This document shows, one piece after another, positions 35,957-45,104 of a stretch of 57,690 nucleotides of DNA. Origin of the DNA: a bacterium (GTDB lineage: Bacteria > Bacillota > Clostridia > Christensenellales > UBA1242). A program made the translations under genes and the position numbers. Each line of letters begins with the position of its first letter. Position 1 is the first letter of the stretch. The stretch lies in contig JAILMD010000032.1 of the NCBI GenBank assembly GCA_024692805.1, forward strand, positions 1 through 57,690, given 5' to 3'. Under the pieces are notes generated by a model that did no database searches, was not told the origin of the DNA, and was given only the letters and a program-made list of their open reading frames with translations.

Positions 35957-37108
35957 ATGAGAAAAGGCCTAAGTTTATATCTTCATATTCCATTTTGCAA
36001 TAGTAAATGTAACTATTGCAGTTTTGTTAGTGTTGTTGCTAAAGATGAGGTTAAGTTAAGATACCTTGATTGTTTGAAAAAAGAAATTGAGCTTAGGGGC
36101 AAAGAGTTTGGCGCTAGTTATGTCGTAACAACAATTTATATTGGTGGCGGAACTCCTTCATGTTTGCCAAATGGCGAAATTAAGAGTTTGCTTAAAACTA
36201 TTTACAAAAGCTTTACTGTTAAAAATGACGCCGAAATAACTATTGAAATAAACCCAAATTCGTTAACCAAGGAAAAGATAAATGAATATTTGTTTGCGGG
36301 CGTTAACAGGTTTAGTTTGGGTCTTCAAACGTCAAATGAAAAGCTCCTTAAAGTTATGGGAAGGCCTGATTCATCACAAAACTTTATAAACGCCGTTAAC
36401 TCGTTGCGTGAACAAGGGGCAAATAACATTTCTGCTGATCTTATTATTGGTTATCCAACTCAAACAATTTCAGATATTAAAACCTCTTTAAATCTTTTAA
36501 CAAAGCTAAATATTCCTCATGTTTCAGTTTATATGCTAAGCGTTGAAGAAAAAACAAAGCTTAAAAGCCAAATTGAAGAGGGCGGTTTAAAGCAGTTAAG
36601 CGAAGATGAAGTTGTTAAAATGATGGATCTAGTTAGCCAAACGCTTAAGTTTAGTGATTATGAAAGATATGAGGTTTCAAACTTTGCTAAACCGGGCTTT
36701 GCTTCAAGGCATAATAAAGTTTATTGGCAAAGGCTAAACTATCTTGGCCTTGGCGTTGCCGCTCATTCATATTTAAAGAATTGTCGCTTTGCTAACACTT
36801 CAGACATTGCAAATTATGTTAGATTTTTAGAGAGGGGAGATCAAGTTCCCGTTTGTGATCTTAAGTTTTTAACAAAAGAAGAGCAAATGGAAGAAATGGT
36901 TATGCTATCTTTAAGAACTAATGAAGGGTTAAGCCTAGATAAATTTTATCTTGAATTTAAAGTTAACTTTGCTGCAAAAAATAAAGCAAAAATTGCTAGT
37001 TTTATTAAATCGGGCTACTTGGTTTTAAATCAAAAAACCAATTCAATTTGCGCAACAGATAAAGGATTTATGGTTTTAAACAAGATAATCAGCGAACTCG
37101 TTTTTTAA
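35957..37108 (+). CDS. hemW: Radical SAM heme chaperone HemW (HemN-like)
   Basis: LYLHIPFCNSKCNYCSF CxxxCxxC motif, and lepA-hemW-hrcA synteny. Confidence 0.85.
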   Translation: MRKGLSLYLHIPFCNSKCNYCSFVSVVAKDEVKLRYLDCLKKEIELRGKEFGASYVVTTIYIGGGTPSCLPNGEIKSLLKTIYKSFTVKNDAEITIEINPNSLTKEKINEYLFAGVNRFSLGLQTSNEKLLKVMGRPDSSQNFINAVNSLREQGANNISADLIIGYPTQTISDIKTSLNLLTKLNIPHVSVYMLSVEEKTKLKSQIEEGGLKQLSEDEVVKMMDLVSQTLKFSDYERYEVSNFAKPGFASRHNKVYWQRLNYLGLGVAAHSYLKNCRFANTSDIANYVRFLERGDQVPVCDLKFLTKEEQMEEMVMLSLRTNEGLSLDKFYLEFKVNFAAKNKAKIASFIKSGYLVLNQKTNSICATDKGFMVLNKIISELVF

Positions 37109-37153
37109 ACTAAAAAAAATACAAAAAATTTTAAAAAAGTTAGTCACAAATTG

Positions 37154-37182
37154 TTGACTTTCTTTTTTTCGGGTCATATAAT
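37154..37182 (+). promoter_or_regulatory. SigA-type promoter of the hrcA-grpE-dnaK-dnaJ operon
   Basis: TTGACT, 17 nt, TATAAT. Confidence 0.7.
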
Positions 37183-37193
37183 ATTTGTGTAAA

Positions 37194-37220
37194 TTAGCAG
37201 TCTAGCCTGTTGAGTGCTAG
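37194..37220 (+). promoter_or_regulatory. CIRCE operator (HrcA binding site)
   Basis: TTAGCAGTC-N9-GAGTGCTAG against the consensus TTAGCACTC-N9-GAGTGCTAA (2 mismatches). It begins 12 nt downstream of the -10. Confidence 0.85.
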
Positions 37221-37270
37221 CACTCTGGTTTATATTTTACAAATTTGCTAAAAATAAAGTTGGAGGCTTT

Positions 37271-38272
37271 ATGAATCTTAGTGAAAGAAAAAGGAAGATT
37301 CTTTCAGCGGTTATAAGCGAAAATGAAAAAACCGGCGAGCCTGTTTCAAGCAAGCAACTTCAAGGTGAACATTTTAGCGATATTAGCCCAGCAACAATAA
37401 GGGGTGAGTTAGCAACGCTTGAAGAGTTAGGTTTGCTTTGGCACCCACACACTTCTAGCGGAAGGTTGCCAACAACTGATGGAATTAAGTTTTATGTTAA
37501 TGAAATCTTAACTTCACTTGAAGGCAAAAAACTTGATAGTGTTGTTAAAAACTTTAACGCTAACCTTGATAACGTTTCAAACGAATTAAAACTTACTGCC
37601 CAAAAAATTAGCGAAGCAACTAACTATACCGCAGTTTTATATCTTGGGCTTTATGACTTAGCAAAAATTGAAAAGGTTAAATTGCTTAAAGTTAGTTCTA
37701 ATTTAACGCTTGTTGCTATTTTAACTGATTATGGTGTTTTAGAAGATTTCATTGAACTAAAGCTAGAAGAAAACGAGTTAAATGAAATTGAAAAATCATT
37801 GTCATCAATCTTTGCTGGTAAAACGTTAAGAGATATTCAAAACTCTAATTTCTTAATAACGCAAGAAATTGAAAGATATAAGTTTATGTTTGACTTAATC
37901 TTAAAAATGGTTGCAAAGAAAGAGGAAGAATCAAACAGAATTGAAATTGAAGGCAAGAGCAAAATTTTAAGCCAGAAAAATACCGATTTAACGTTTGTTA
38001 AAAATGCAATGGAAGTTTTTGAGGAGCCTGATTCACTTGCTCCAATTCTTAAAAATGATAGCCCTGAAATAAGCGTTGAAATTGGAAGTGATGATGGCTT
38101 AGTTAAAGATTGCGCAATTGTTACTGCTAGCTATAAGGCAAATGGCAAGGTTGTTGGGAAAGCTGGCGTTATTGGCCCTGTTAGAATGGATTATAAAAAG
38201 GTTATTGAAACGCTTGCGGGAATTTCAAGAGAATTAAGCAAACAACTTGATGACGTTAAGGAGCAAAAATGA
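37271..38272 (+). CDS. hrcA: Heat-inducible transcription repressor HrcA
   Basis: MNLSERKRKILSAVI... winged-helix N-terminus. GGAGG SD before the ATG at 37271. The 37214 GTG from the ORF track lies inside CIRCE. Confidence 0.9.
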   Translation: MNLSERKRKILSAVISENEKTGEPVSSKQLQGEHFSDISPATIRGELATLEELGLLWHPHTSSGRLPTTDGIKFYVNEILTSLEGKKLDSVVKNFNANLDNVSNELKLTAQKISEATNYTAVLYLGLYDLAKIEKVKLLKVSSNLTLVAILTDYGVLEDFIELKLEENELNEIEKSLSSIFAGKTLRDIQNSNFLITQEIERYKFMFDLILKMVAKKEEESNRIEIEGKSKILSQKNTDLTFVKNAMEVFEEPDSLAPILKNDSPEISVEIGSDDGLVKDCAIVTASYKANGKVVGKAGVIGPVRMDYKKVIETLAGISRELSKQLDDVKEQK

Positions 38273-38907
38273 AAAATAAAGAAAAAAATTTAGATAAAGA
38301 AAAGGAAAAAGAAGAAAATTGCTCTTGTGAGCATGATAAAGAAAATTGTGATTGTGGCGAAAATGATTGTGATTGTGGCTGTCATGATGAAGAACCAAAC
38401 AAAGAAGAAATGTTAAAGTTTTATGAGCAAGCGTTTAAAGGTTTTGAAGATGCTTTAAATAAAGCTGAAGAAAATATAAAAGCCGAGAAAAAGCGAGCCG
38501 ATGAAAACGAACATATCGCGCGTTGTTTTAGGCAAGATCTTGAAAGGTTTAAAGAAAGAAATAAAAACATTGAAAGCGAACTTAAAACAAACGTTAATAA
38601 GGAAACAGCGTTAAAGATTATTCCGGTTTTAGATAACTTTGACCAAGCCCTAACTAACGTAAGCGATGAAAACATTAAAAAAGGTTTTGAAATGATAAAA
38701 AACAAATTGTTATCAGTTTTAACTGATTTTGGTGTTTGTGAAATTGAAACTGATGGCGAGTTTAACCCTGAGTTTCACGATTGCGTTTCTAAACTCGAAG
38801 CGCCAAATAAAAAGCAAAAAGGAAATATTGCACGAGTTTTTCAAAAAGGATATAAATTCAATGATGGTAAAGTTATAAAACACGCTATTGTTGAAATTTA
38901 TGAATAA
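38269..38907 (+). CDS. grpE: Nucleotide exchange factor GrpE with a Cys/His-rich N-terminal extension
   Basis: ATGA overlap with the hrcA stop. C-terminal GrpE pattern (ALKIIPVLDNFDQAL...FNPEFHDCVS...KGYKFNDGKVIKHAIV). Confidence 0.9.
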   Translation: MKNKEKNLDKEKEKEENCSCEHDKENCDCGENDCDCGCHDEEPNKEEMLKFYEQAFKGFEDALNKAEENIKAEKKRADENEHIARCFRQDLERFKERNKNIESELKTNVNKETALKIIPVLDNFDQALTNVSDENIKKGFEMIKNKLLSVLTDFGVCEIETDGEFNPEFHDCVSKLEAPNKKQKGNIARVFQKGYKFNDGKVIKHAIVEIYE

Positions 38908-38923
38908 AAAGGAGATTTAAAAA

Positions 38924-40762
38924 ATGGCAAAAATTATTGGTATTGACTTAGGAACAACAAACAGTTGCGTTGCGGTTATGGAAGGCGGTGAGCCAACCGT
39001 TATAGCAAATGCTGATGGTTCAAGAACAACCCCTAGTGTTGTTGGGGTAAACAAAGATGGCGAAAGGCTTGTTGGTCAAGTTGCAAAGCATCAAGCCGTT
39101 GCTAACGCTGCTAACACAATTAGAAGCATTAAAAGAGACATGGGAAGCGATAAAAAGGTAACCATGGGCGGAAAGAGCTATACTCCTCAAGAGATTAGCG
39201 CAATGATTTTGGGTAAACTTAAAGCAGATGCTGAAGCCTACCTTGGAAGTAAGGTAACTGAAGCAGTTATAACTGTTCCAGCATACTTTACTGATGCTCA
39301 AAGGCAAGCAACAAAAGATGCAGGAAAAATTGCTGGGCTTGACGTTAAAAGAATTATTAACGAGCCAACAGCAGCCGCTCTTGCTTATGGTCTTGATAAA
39401 GTTCAAGATTCAGCAGGGCAAAAGATTCTTGTTTATGACCTTGGTGGCGGAACATTTGATATTAGCGTTCTTGAAATTGCTGATGGTGTTTTCCAAGTTT
39501 TAGCAACAGCCGGAAACAACCATCTAGGTGGTGATGACTTTGATGATAAAATCGCTGAATATGTTTTAAGCGAATTTAAGAAACAAGAAGGCATTGATTT
39601 AAGCCACGATATGGTTGCAATGCAAAGAATTAAAGAGGCAAGTGAAAAAGCTAAAATTGAACTTAGTGGAGTAACTAAAACAACTATTAGCCTTCCATTT
39701 ATTATGGCAGACGCCAATGGCGCAAAACATATTGAAGTTGATTTAACAAGAGCAAAATTTGAAAGTTTAATTAGTGATTATGTTCAAGAAACAATAACCT
39801 TAACTCAAAAAGCGCTTGATGACGCAAAACTTACCAAAAATGATATTGCTAAAATTATTATGGTTGGTGGTTCAACTCGTGTTCCTCTTGTTAACGAAGA
39901 AGTTAAGAAATTCTTAGGCAAAGATCCATTTAAGGGGATCAACCCTGATGAATGTGTTGCAATTGGTGCTGCTATTCAAGCCGGCGTTTTAGGCGGAGAA
40001 GTTAAAGATGTTTTACTTCTTGACGTAACTCCACTTTCACTTGGTATTGAAACAATGGGTGGTGTGTTTACAAAACTTATTGAAAGAAACACGACTATTC
40101 CAACTAAAAAGAGTCAAATTTTCTCAACAGCAGCCGATAACCAACCAGGTGTTGATATTCACGTTTTACAAGGTGAAAGAGAGCTTGCCGCATATAACAA
40201 AACAATCGGTAGGTTTGAACTTATTGGAATCCCACCAGCTCCTCGTGGTGTTCCTCAAATTGAAGTTACTTTTGATATTGATGCAAACGGTATCGTTCAC
40301 GTTAGCGCTAAAGACCTTGGAACAGGTAAGAGCCAAGACATAACAATAACTGCTTCATCAAATCTTAGTGATGCTGAAATTGACCAAGCAATCAAAGAAG
40401 CTGAGAAATATGCTGAAGAAGATAAAAAGAGAAAAGAAGTTGTTGACGCTAAAAACAGTCTTGACCAAATGATCGCAGGAATTGAAAAAGTTCTTAAAGA
40501 TAGCGGTGATAAGGTTAGCGAAGAAGATAAGGCTAGGTTAAACGCTAGTATGGATAGCGCACGTGAAGTTTATAAAAACAGCGAAGATGCTGCTAAACTT
40601 AAAGAAGCGCTTGATGATTTAACAAAAGTTAGCAATGAAGTTTTCTCAAAACTTTATGCTAATAATAACCCTAATGGCGCAGCAGGCGCTAATGGCGCTA
40701 ATGATGGTGCTAATGGTGGTAACACTGATCCAAACAACTTTGGTGATTTTACAACCAAATAA
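38924..40762 (+). CDS. dnaK: Chaperone DnaK (Hsp70)
   Basis: [22 protein letters not shown] and other canonical motifs. Confidence 0.97.
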   Translation: MAKIIGIDLGTTNSCVAVMEGGEPTVIANADGSRTTPSVVGVNKDGERLVGQVAKHQAVANAANTIRSIKRDMGSDKKVTMGGKSYTPQEISAMILGKLKADAEAYLGSKVTEAVITVPAYFTDAQRQATKDAGKIAGLDVKRIINEPTAAALAYGLDKVQDSAGQKILVYDLGGGTFDISVLEIADGVFQVLATAGNNHLGGDDFDDKIAEYVLSEFKKQEGIDLSHDMVAMQRIKEASEKAKIELSGVTKTTISLPFIMADANGAKHIEVDLTRAKFESLISDYVQETITLTQKALDDAKLTKNDIAKIIMVGGSTRVPLVNEEVKKFLGKDPFKGINPDECVAIGAAIQAGVLGGEVKDVLLLDVTPLSLGIETMGGVFTKLIERNTTIPTKKSQIFSTAADNQPGVDIHVLQGERELAAYNKTIGRFELIGIPPAPRGVPQIEVTFDIDANGIVHVSAKDLGTGKSQDITITASSNLSDAEIDQAIKEAEKYAEEDKKRKEVVDAKNSLDQMIAGIEKVLKDSGDKVSEEDKARLNASMDSAREVYKNSEDAAKLKEALDDLTKVSNEVFSKLYANNNPNGAAGANGANDGANGGNTDPNNFGDFTTK

Positions 40763-40785
40763 ACTAAATAAGCAAAATTAAAAAG

Positions 40786-41901
40786 ATGGCAGATAAGAAT
40801 TATTATGAAACGCTTGGCGTAAATAAAAACGCAAGTGATGAAGAAATTAAAAAGGCTTATAGACAAATGGCCAAAAAGTATCACCCTGACTTAAATCCGG
40901 GTGATGCTTCTGCCGCTGAAAAACTTAAAGAAGTAAATGAAGCTTATGAAGTTTTAAGCGATAAAACAAAAAGAAGTAATTATGACACTTACGGCAGCGC
41001 AACAGGTCCACAATTTGGCGGCGCTGATGGCTTTTCAAACTTTGGTGGCGGATTCGGTGGGTTTGAAGATATCTTTAATATGTTTGGTGGCGCTTTTTCA
41101 GGCTTTGGCGGGAAAACCAAGTCAAGCGCAGTAAATGGCCAAGATATTGAAGTAAAAATGAACTTAACCTTTGTTGAAGCGGCCTTTGGTTGCAAAAAAA
41201 CTATTAGTTTAACTAGAACTGAATCTTGTGATGATTGTAACGGAACGGGCGCTAAGGGCGGAACAGAATATAAAACATGTAGTAAATGTTCTGGCTCTGG
41301 AAGGGTTAGGCAAGTATCTAACACTATGTTTGGCCAAATGGTTAGCGAAGGCGTTTGTCCAGTTTGTCACGGAACAGGTAAAGAAATTAAAGTTAAATGT
41401 CAAACTTGTCAGGGCGCTGGCGTTGTTAGAAGAAGTCGCCAGATTGAAATAAACGTTCCTGCAGGAATAAACGATAACCAAGTTTTAACCCTTCATAATC
41501 AAGGTGAAGCGGGAAGAAATGGTGGCGGAGCCGGTGACCTTTTAATTATGATTAAAGTTAGCCCACATAAAGTTTTAAAGCGTGAAGGCTTTGACGTTTT
41601 TGTTGACGTTCCTATTAGTTTCACTGAAAGTTTATTAGGAACAAAAGTTAATATTCCTGGAATTAACGAAACGTTAACTTTAACCGTTCCAGAATTAACC
41701 CAAACGGGAACAGTTATTATGCTAAAAGGTAAGGGAACAAAAGTTTTAAACAAAAATGCTTATGGCGACCTTTATGCTAAAATAATTGTTGAAATGCCTA
41801 AAACACTTGATAAAAACCAAAAAGAATTGGTTAGCGCGCTTGATAAATCTATTAACAAAAATAACTATACTAAGCGCAAACAATTTCAAGATAAAATTTA
41901 A
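40786..41901 (+). CDS. dnaJ: Chaperone DnaJ
   Basis: J-domain with HPD ([11 protein letters not shown]), a G/F region, and four CxxCxGxG zinc motifs. Confidence 0.95.
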   Translation: MADKNYYETLGVNKNASDEEIKKAYRQMAKKYHPDLNPGDASAAEKLKEVNEAYEVLSDKTKRSNYDTYGSATGPQFGGADGFSNFGGGFGGFEDIFNMFGGAFSGFGGKTKSSAVNGQDIEVKMNLTFVEAAFGCKKTISLTRTESCDDCNGTGAKGGTEYKTCSKCSGSGRVRQVSNTMFGQMVSEGVCPVCHGTGKEIKVKCQTCQGAGVVRRSRQIEINVPAGINDNQVLTLHNQGEAGRNGGGAGDLLIMIKVSPHKVLKREGFDVFVDVPISFTESLLGTKVNIPGINETLTLTVPELTQTGTVIMLKGKGTKVLNKNAYGDLYAKIIVEMPKTLDKNQKELVSALDKSINKNNYTKRKQFQDKI

Positions 41902-41926
41902 TCCTTGCTTGGCAGGGATTTTTTAT
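41900..41926 (+). terminator. Intrinsic terminator after dnaJ
   Basis: AATCCTTGC/GCAGGGATT stem (one G-U pair) followed by a T-run. Confidence 0.65.
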
Positions 41927-41930
41927 TTAA

Positions 41931-41959
41931 TTGACTTATTTAATTAAAAATGTCATAAT
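41931..41959 (+). promoter_or_regulatory. SigA-type promoter of rsmE (leaderless geometry)
   Basis: TTGACT, 17 nt (TGT), CATAAT. The GTG start lies 7 nt after the -10. Confidence 0.5.
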
Positions 41960-41965
41960 AGGCTC

Positions 41966-42712
41966 GTGAAAGAAAACAGGTTTTATTTTAATAAAGAAAG
42001 TTTGGTTAACAGCAAAGTTATTTTAACTGATGACGAATTCCGTCATCTTTCTCTTGTTTTAAGAAAACGTGTGGGGGATAGCGTTGTTTTATTTTGCGGA
42101 GATGGCTTTGATTATAATGCAACTATAACTAACATAACAAAAAAAGAAGCCGAACTTGTAATTAAAGAAAAGGTTAAAAATGAAACTGAGTCAAGCGTTG
42201 ATTTAACAATTTTTCAAGCGCTTGCAAAAGGTGAAAAACTAAGCCTTATTGCTCAAAAACTAACTGAAATTGGCGCAAGTGAAATGTTAGTTTTTTCATC
42301 AAAGTTTTGTGACGTAACCGAAAAAACAAGTAAACTTGATAAACTAAATAAAGTCGTTATAAACGCTTCAAAACAATGTGGGCGAAGCAAACTATTAAAA
42401 ACTAATGAAAGCGTTTTAACGTTTAATCAAATGATTGAAAGGTTTAGAGATTATGACCTTGTTTTATGCGCTTATGAAAATGAAGAAAATTTGCATATTT
42501 CAAGCGTCTTAAATAAGTTTAAAGGTAATAATATTGCCGTTATTATCGGCCCAGAAGGTGGGTTTAGCGCCGATGAAGTTAAAACTATTTCAGATAATGG
42601 CGCGAGGGTTGTAACTCTTGGAAAAAGAATTTTAAGAACTGAAACTGCCGCTATTTTTAGTGCAAGCGCAGTAATTAGCCAACTTGAAGGAAGAAGAGAT
42701 TATGAAGGTTAG
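41966..42712 (+). CDS. rsmE: 16S rRNA (uracil1498-N3)-methyltransferase
   Basis: RFYF...HLSLVLR N-terminus, IGPEGGFSADE, and TLGKRILRTETAA. Confidence 0.85.
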   Translation: MKENRFYFNKESLVNSKVILTDDEFRHLSLVLRKRVGDSVVLFCGDGFDYNATITNITKKEAELVIKEKVKNETESSVDLTIFQALAKGEKLSLIAQKLTEIGASEMLVFSSKFCDVTEKTSKLDKLNKVVINASKQCGRSKLLKTNESVLTFNQMIERFRDYDLVLCAYENEENLHISSVLNKFKGNNIAVIIGPEGGFSADEVKTISDNGARVVTLGKRILRTETAAIFSASAVISQLEGRRDYEG

Positions 42713-43973
42713 TTTAATTGCCTTAGGGTGCAAAGTTAACCAATATGAAAGTGAGTCAATCGCAAAAAAACTCAAAGATAATGGAGTTAGCGTTTCATTT
42801 AACCTTGAGCCAAGCGATGTTTTTGTTTTGTCAACTTGCGCCGTAACAAATGAGGCCGAAAGAAAATCGCGCGGATATATTGCAAAAATAAAAAAGATAA
42901 GCCCTAAAGCAAAGATTTATGTTTTAGGTTGTTCTAGCCAAAATAATCCGTCTAGTTTTGCCAAGTTTGAAGGCGTTTATGCTGTTTACGGAACGGGTAA
43001 AAAGATGGATATTGCTGACTTAATTTTAAAGAGTAAAAAGGGAAGCAATAATAAAATTGATATAAACTATGAAGATAATTTTACTCCGCTTCCTAGCCAC
43101 ACTCGCGCTTACATAAAAATTCAAGATGGTTGTAATAATTTCTGTTCTTATTGTTTAATTCCATACCTCAGGGGAAGAAGTCGAAGTCGAAATTTTGAAA
43201 GTGTTAAAGCCGAAATCGCTATGCACGCTAAAACGAGCAAAGAGGTAATCTTAACAGGAATTGATTTATCTAGTTATGGGCTTGATCTTTCGCCAAAAAG
43301 TTCACTTATTGAAGTTGCTAAAATCTTTAAAGAATTTCCTTGTTTAAGATTTAGGTTTTCAAGCCTTGAAGCGGGAATAATAACACCAGAGTTTTTAGAA
43401 ATTTTAAAGGGTCTTGATAACTTCTGCCCACATTTTCATTTGAGCATGCAAAGCGGTTGTGATAAAACGCTTAAAGATATGAACAGGCATTACACAAGTG
43501 CCGAATTTTTAGAAAAAATTAAGTTAATTCGCAAATTTTTCCCAAATGCCGCAATAACAACTGACGTTATTGTTGGGTTCCCAACTGAAACTGAAGAAGA
43601 TTTTGAAGCGTCTTACCAAACTTGTAAAAAAGCCAATTTTGCTTTTATTCACATTTTTCCTTATTCGAAGCGAAGTGGAACGGTTGCAACAAAATTTCCT
43701 AATCTTGCAACAAATGTTAAGGAAAGGGTTGGTAAGTTAACTAAATTACGTGATGAAATGGCAACAGCATTTGTTAAAAAGCTAAAAGGTAAAGCTTTTG
43801 GCCTTTTAGTTGAAGCAAAGTTAAGCGCTGATGGTGAGCCTTGCGGGCATACTGAAAATTTTATAAAATGTTATTTAAAAAAGGGAACAAAGGTTGTTCC
43901 TAATAATATTTATAAAGTTAAAATCATTGAGCCATATAAAGATGGTGCAATGGTTAGTTTGGAGGAAAAATAA
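42702..43973 (+). CDS. mtaB: tRNA ms2t6A methylthiotransferase MtaB (YqeV-like radical SAM)
   Basis: MKVSLIALGCKVNQYES UPF0004 N-terminus, CNNFCSYCLIPYLRG radical SAM motif, TRAM-like C-terminus. It follows rsmE as in B. subtilis yqeU-yqeV. Confidence 0.8.
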   Translation: MKVSLIALGCKVNQYESESIAKKLKDNGVSVSFNLEPSDVFVLSTCAVTNEAERKSRGYIAKIKKISPKAKIYVLGCSSQNNPSSFAKFEGVYAVYGTGKKMDIADLILKSKKGSNNKIDINYEDNFTPLPSHTRAYIKIQDGCNNFCSYCLIPYLRGRSRSRNFESVKAEIAMHAKTSKEVILTGIDLSSYGLDLSPKSSLIEVAKIFKEFPCLRFRFSSLEAGIITPEFLEILKGLDNFCPHFHLSMQSGCDKTLKDMNRHYTSAEFLEKIKLIRKFFPNAAITTDVIVGFPTETEEDFEASYQTCKKANFAFIHIFPYSKRSGTVATKFPNLATNVKERVGKLTKLRDEMATAFVKKLKGKAFGLLVEAKLSADGEPCGHTENFIKCYLKKGTKVVPNNIYKVKIIEPYKDGAMVSLEEK

Positions 43974-44374
43974 TGGACGATTGTATTTTTTGTAAAATTG
44001 TTAGCGGAGAAATTCCTTGCCATAAAATTTATGAAGATGAGTTTACGCTTGCCTTCTTAGATATTTCAGGCGATATATATGGCCACACGTTAGTTGTTCC
44101 TAAGTATCACGCCGATAATCTTTTAATGGCAAACGATGAAATGTTAGACCATATTTTAAAAACGGTAAGAAGAATTAGTAAACATTATGTTGATGATTGT
44201 GGCTTTACCGGCGTTAATATTATGAATAACACTGGCTTAAGCGCTGGGCAAACAATTATGCACCTTCATTTTCATATTATTCCAAGAAAAGAAAATGACA
44301 ATGTTAAAGTTTATCCTGATAAGGTTGAGCACGATTTTGATTTCGCTGAAATTTGTAATTTTTTAAAAATTTAA
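43973..44374 (+). CDS. HIT family nucleotide hydrolase
   Basis: CIFCKI...GQTIMHLHFHIIPR histidine triad. Confidence 0.85.
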   Translation: MDDCIFCKIVSGEIPCHKIYEDEFTLAFLDISGDIYGHTLVVPKYHADNLLMANDEMLDHILKTVRRISKHYVDDCGFTGVNIMNNTGLSAGQTIMHLHFHIIPRKENDNVKVYPDKVEHDFDFAEICNFLKI

Positions 44375-44386
44375 TTATCATTGGGC

Positions 44387-44415
44387 TTGACAAGTTGGTT
44401 TTTTAATGATAAGAT
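44387..44415 (+). promoter_or_regulatory. SigA-type promoter of rpsU
   Basis: TTGACA, 17 nt, TAAGAT. Confidence 0.5.
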
Positions 44416-44445
44416 AGTTCTAGTTTAAACAGGGGGGTGAAAATA

Positions 44446-44625
44446 ATGAGCACGGTTGTTGTTGGTCAAAACGAAAACCTTGAAAGCGCAATTAAGAGAT
44501 TTAAGCGCAAATGTCAAAAAGATGGCATCATTGGTGATATTCGTAAGAAAGAGTGTTACGTTTCCCCAAGTGTTAAGCGCAAAAAGAAATCTGAAGCTGC
44601 GCAAAAGAGAAATAGAAAAGGTTAA
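44446..44625 (+). CDS. rpsU: 30S ribosomal protein S21
   Basis: [28 protein letters not shown]...[10 protein letters not shown]. Start chosen 7 nt after the GGGGGGTG SD. Confidence 0.9.
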   Translation: MSTVVVGQNENLESAIKRFKRKCQKDGIIGDIRKKECYVSPSVKRKKKSEAAQKRNRKG

Positions 44626-44650
44626 AAAAATCGGCGAAAGCCGATTTTTC
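44624..44650. terminator. Bidirectional terminator shared by rpsU and the convergent ORF
   Basis: A-run, ATCGGC GAAA GCCGAT, T-run. Confidence 0.75.
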
Positions 44651-44974
44651 TTATGCTAAAAGCTTAAGTTTTATCTTATTAAACCTGTCTGAAAGGTTTA
44701 AGATATATTTTTGTTGCGCGGAAGGTGAAAGGTTATCAAAAACAGAGTGGTCAATAAGTTCGCCAAGAGGGTTATAACAATCAGGGTTTTTGGTTAAAAT
44801 TCTGTTAACCTTATTAAATAAGGGGTCATCTTCAACCTTAACGCGCGTTGCAATAATAGCATATCTTTGGCTCGTTAGCGCCATAACTTTATCTTCTTTA
44901 TCTAATGTTTCGCCAACAGTTTTAAGGCGGTTTTTAGCCTTTTGTGCTAAAAGTTTTAAATTTGTGTTTCCCAT
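44651..44974 (-). CDS. Hypothetical protein
   Basis: 107 aa from MGNTNLK (AAGGAG SD upstream; an alternative start at 44998 exists). No motif recognised. Confidence 0.5.
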   Translation of the reverse strand: MGNTNLKLLAQKAKNRLKTVGETLDKEDKVMALTSQRYAIIATRVKVEDDPLFNKVNRILTKNPDCYNPLGELIDHSVFDNLSPSAQQKYILNLSDRFNKIKLKLLA

Positions 44975-45069
44975 TTTTTTGTTTCTCCTTGCCTTCATTA
45001 TAAACTAAATATAGCCTAGCGAGAAGGCAAGACAAAACAAGACAAAATTACAACAATTCTCCTTTTTAT

Positions 45070-45098
45070 TTGCAAAATAAACGGATATTTGATAAACT
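45070..45098 (+). promoter_or_regulatory. SigA-type promoter of pcrA (leaderless geometry)
   Basis: TTGCAA, 17 nt, TAAACT. The ATG lies 7 nt after the -10. No SD. Confidence 0.45.
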
Positions 45099-45104
45099 AA
45101 ACGT

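Noticed and set aside
37214-37270. Upstream GTG start for hrcA given by the ORF track (adds MLALWFIFYKFAKNKVGGF)
   Set aside because: The GTG lies inside the CIRCE operator right arm. The ATG at 37271 has a GGAGG SD and yields the canonical HrcA N-terminus.
38421-41753. Numerous 60-130-aa antisense or alternative-frame ORFs inside grpE, dnaK and dnaJ, and similarly inside rnj, priA, fmt, terL, portal and rsgA
   Set aside because: They are fully nested in strongly conserved genes, lack SDs, and have a low-complexity composition typical of off-frame translation.
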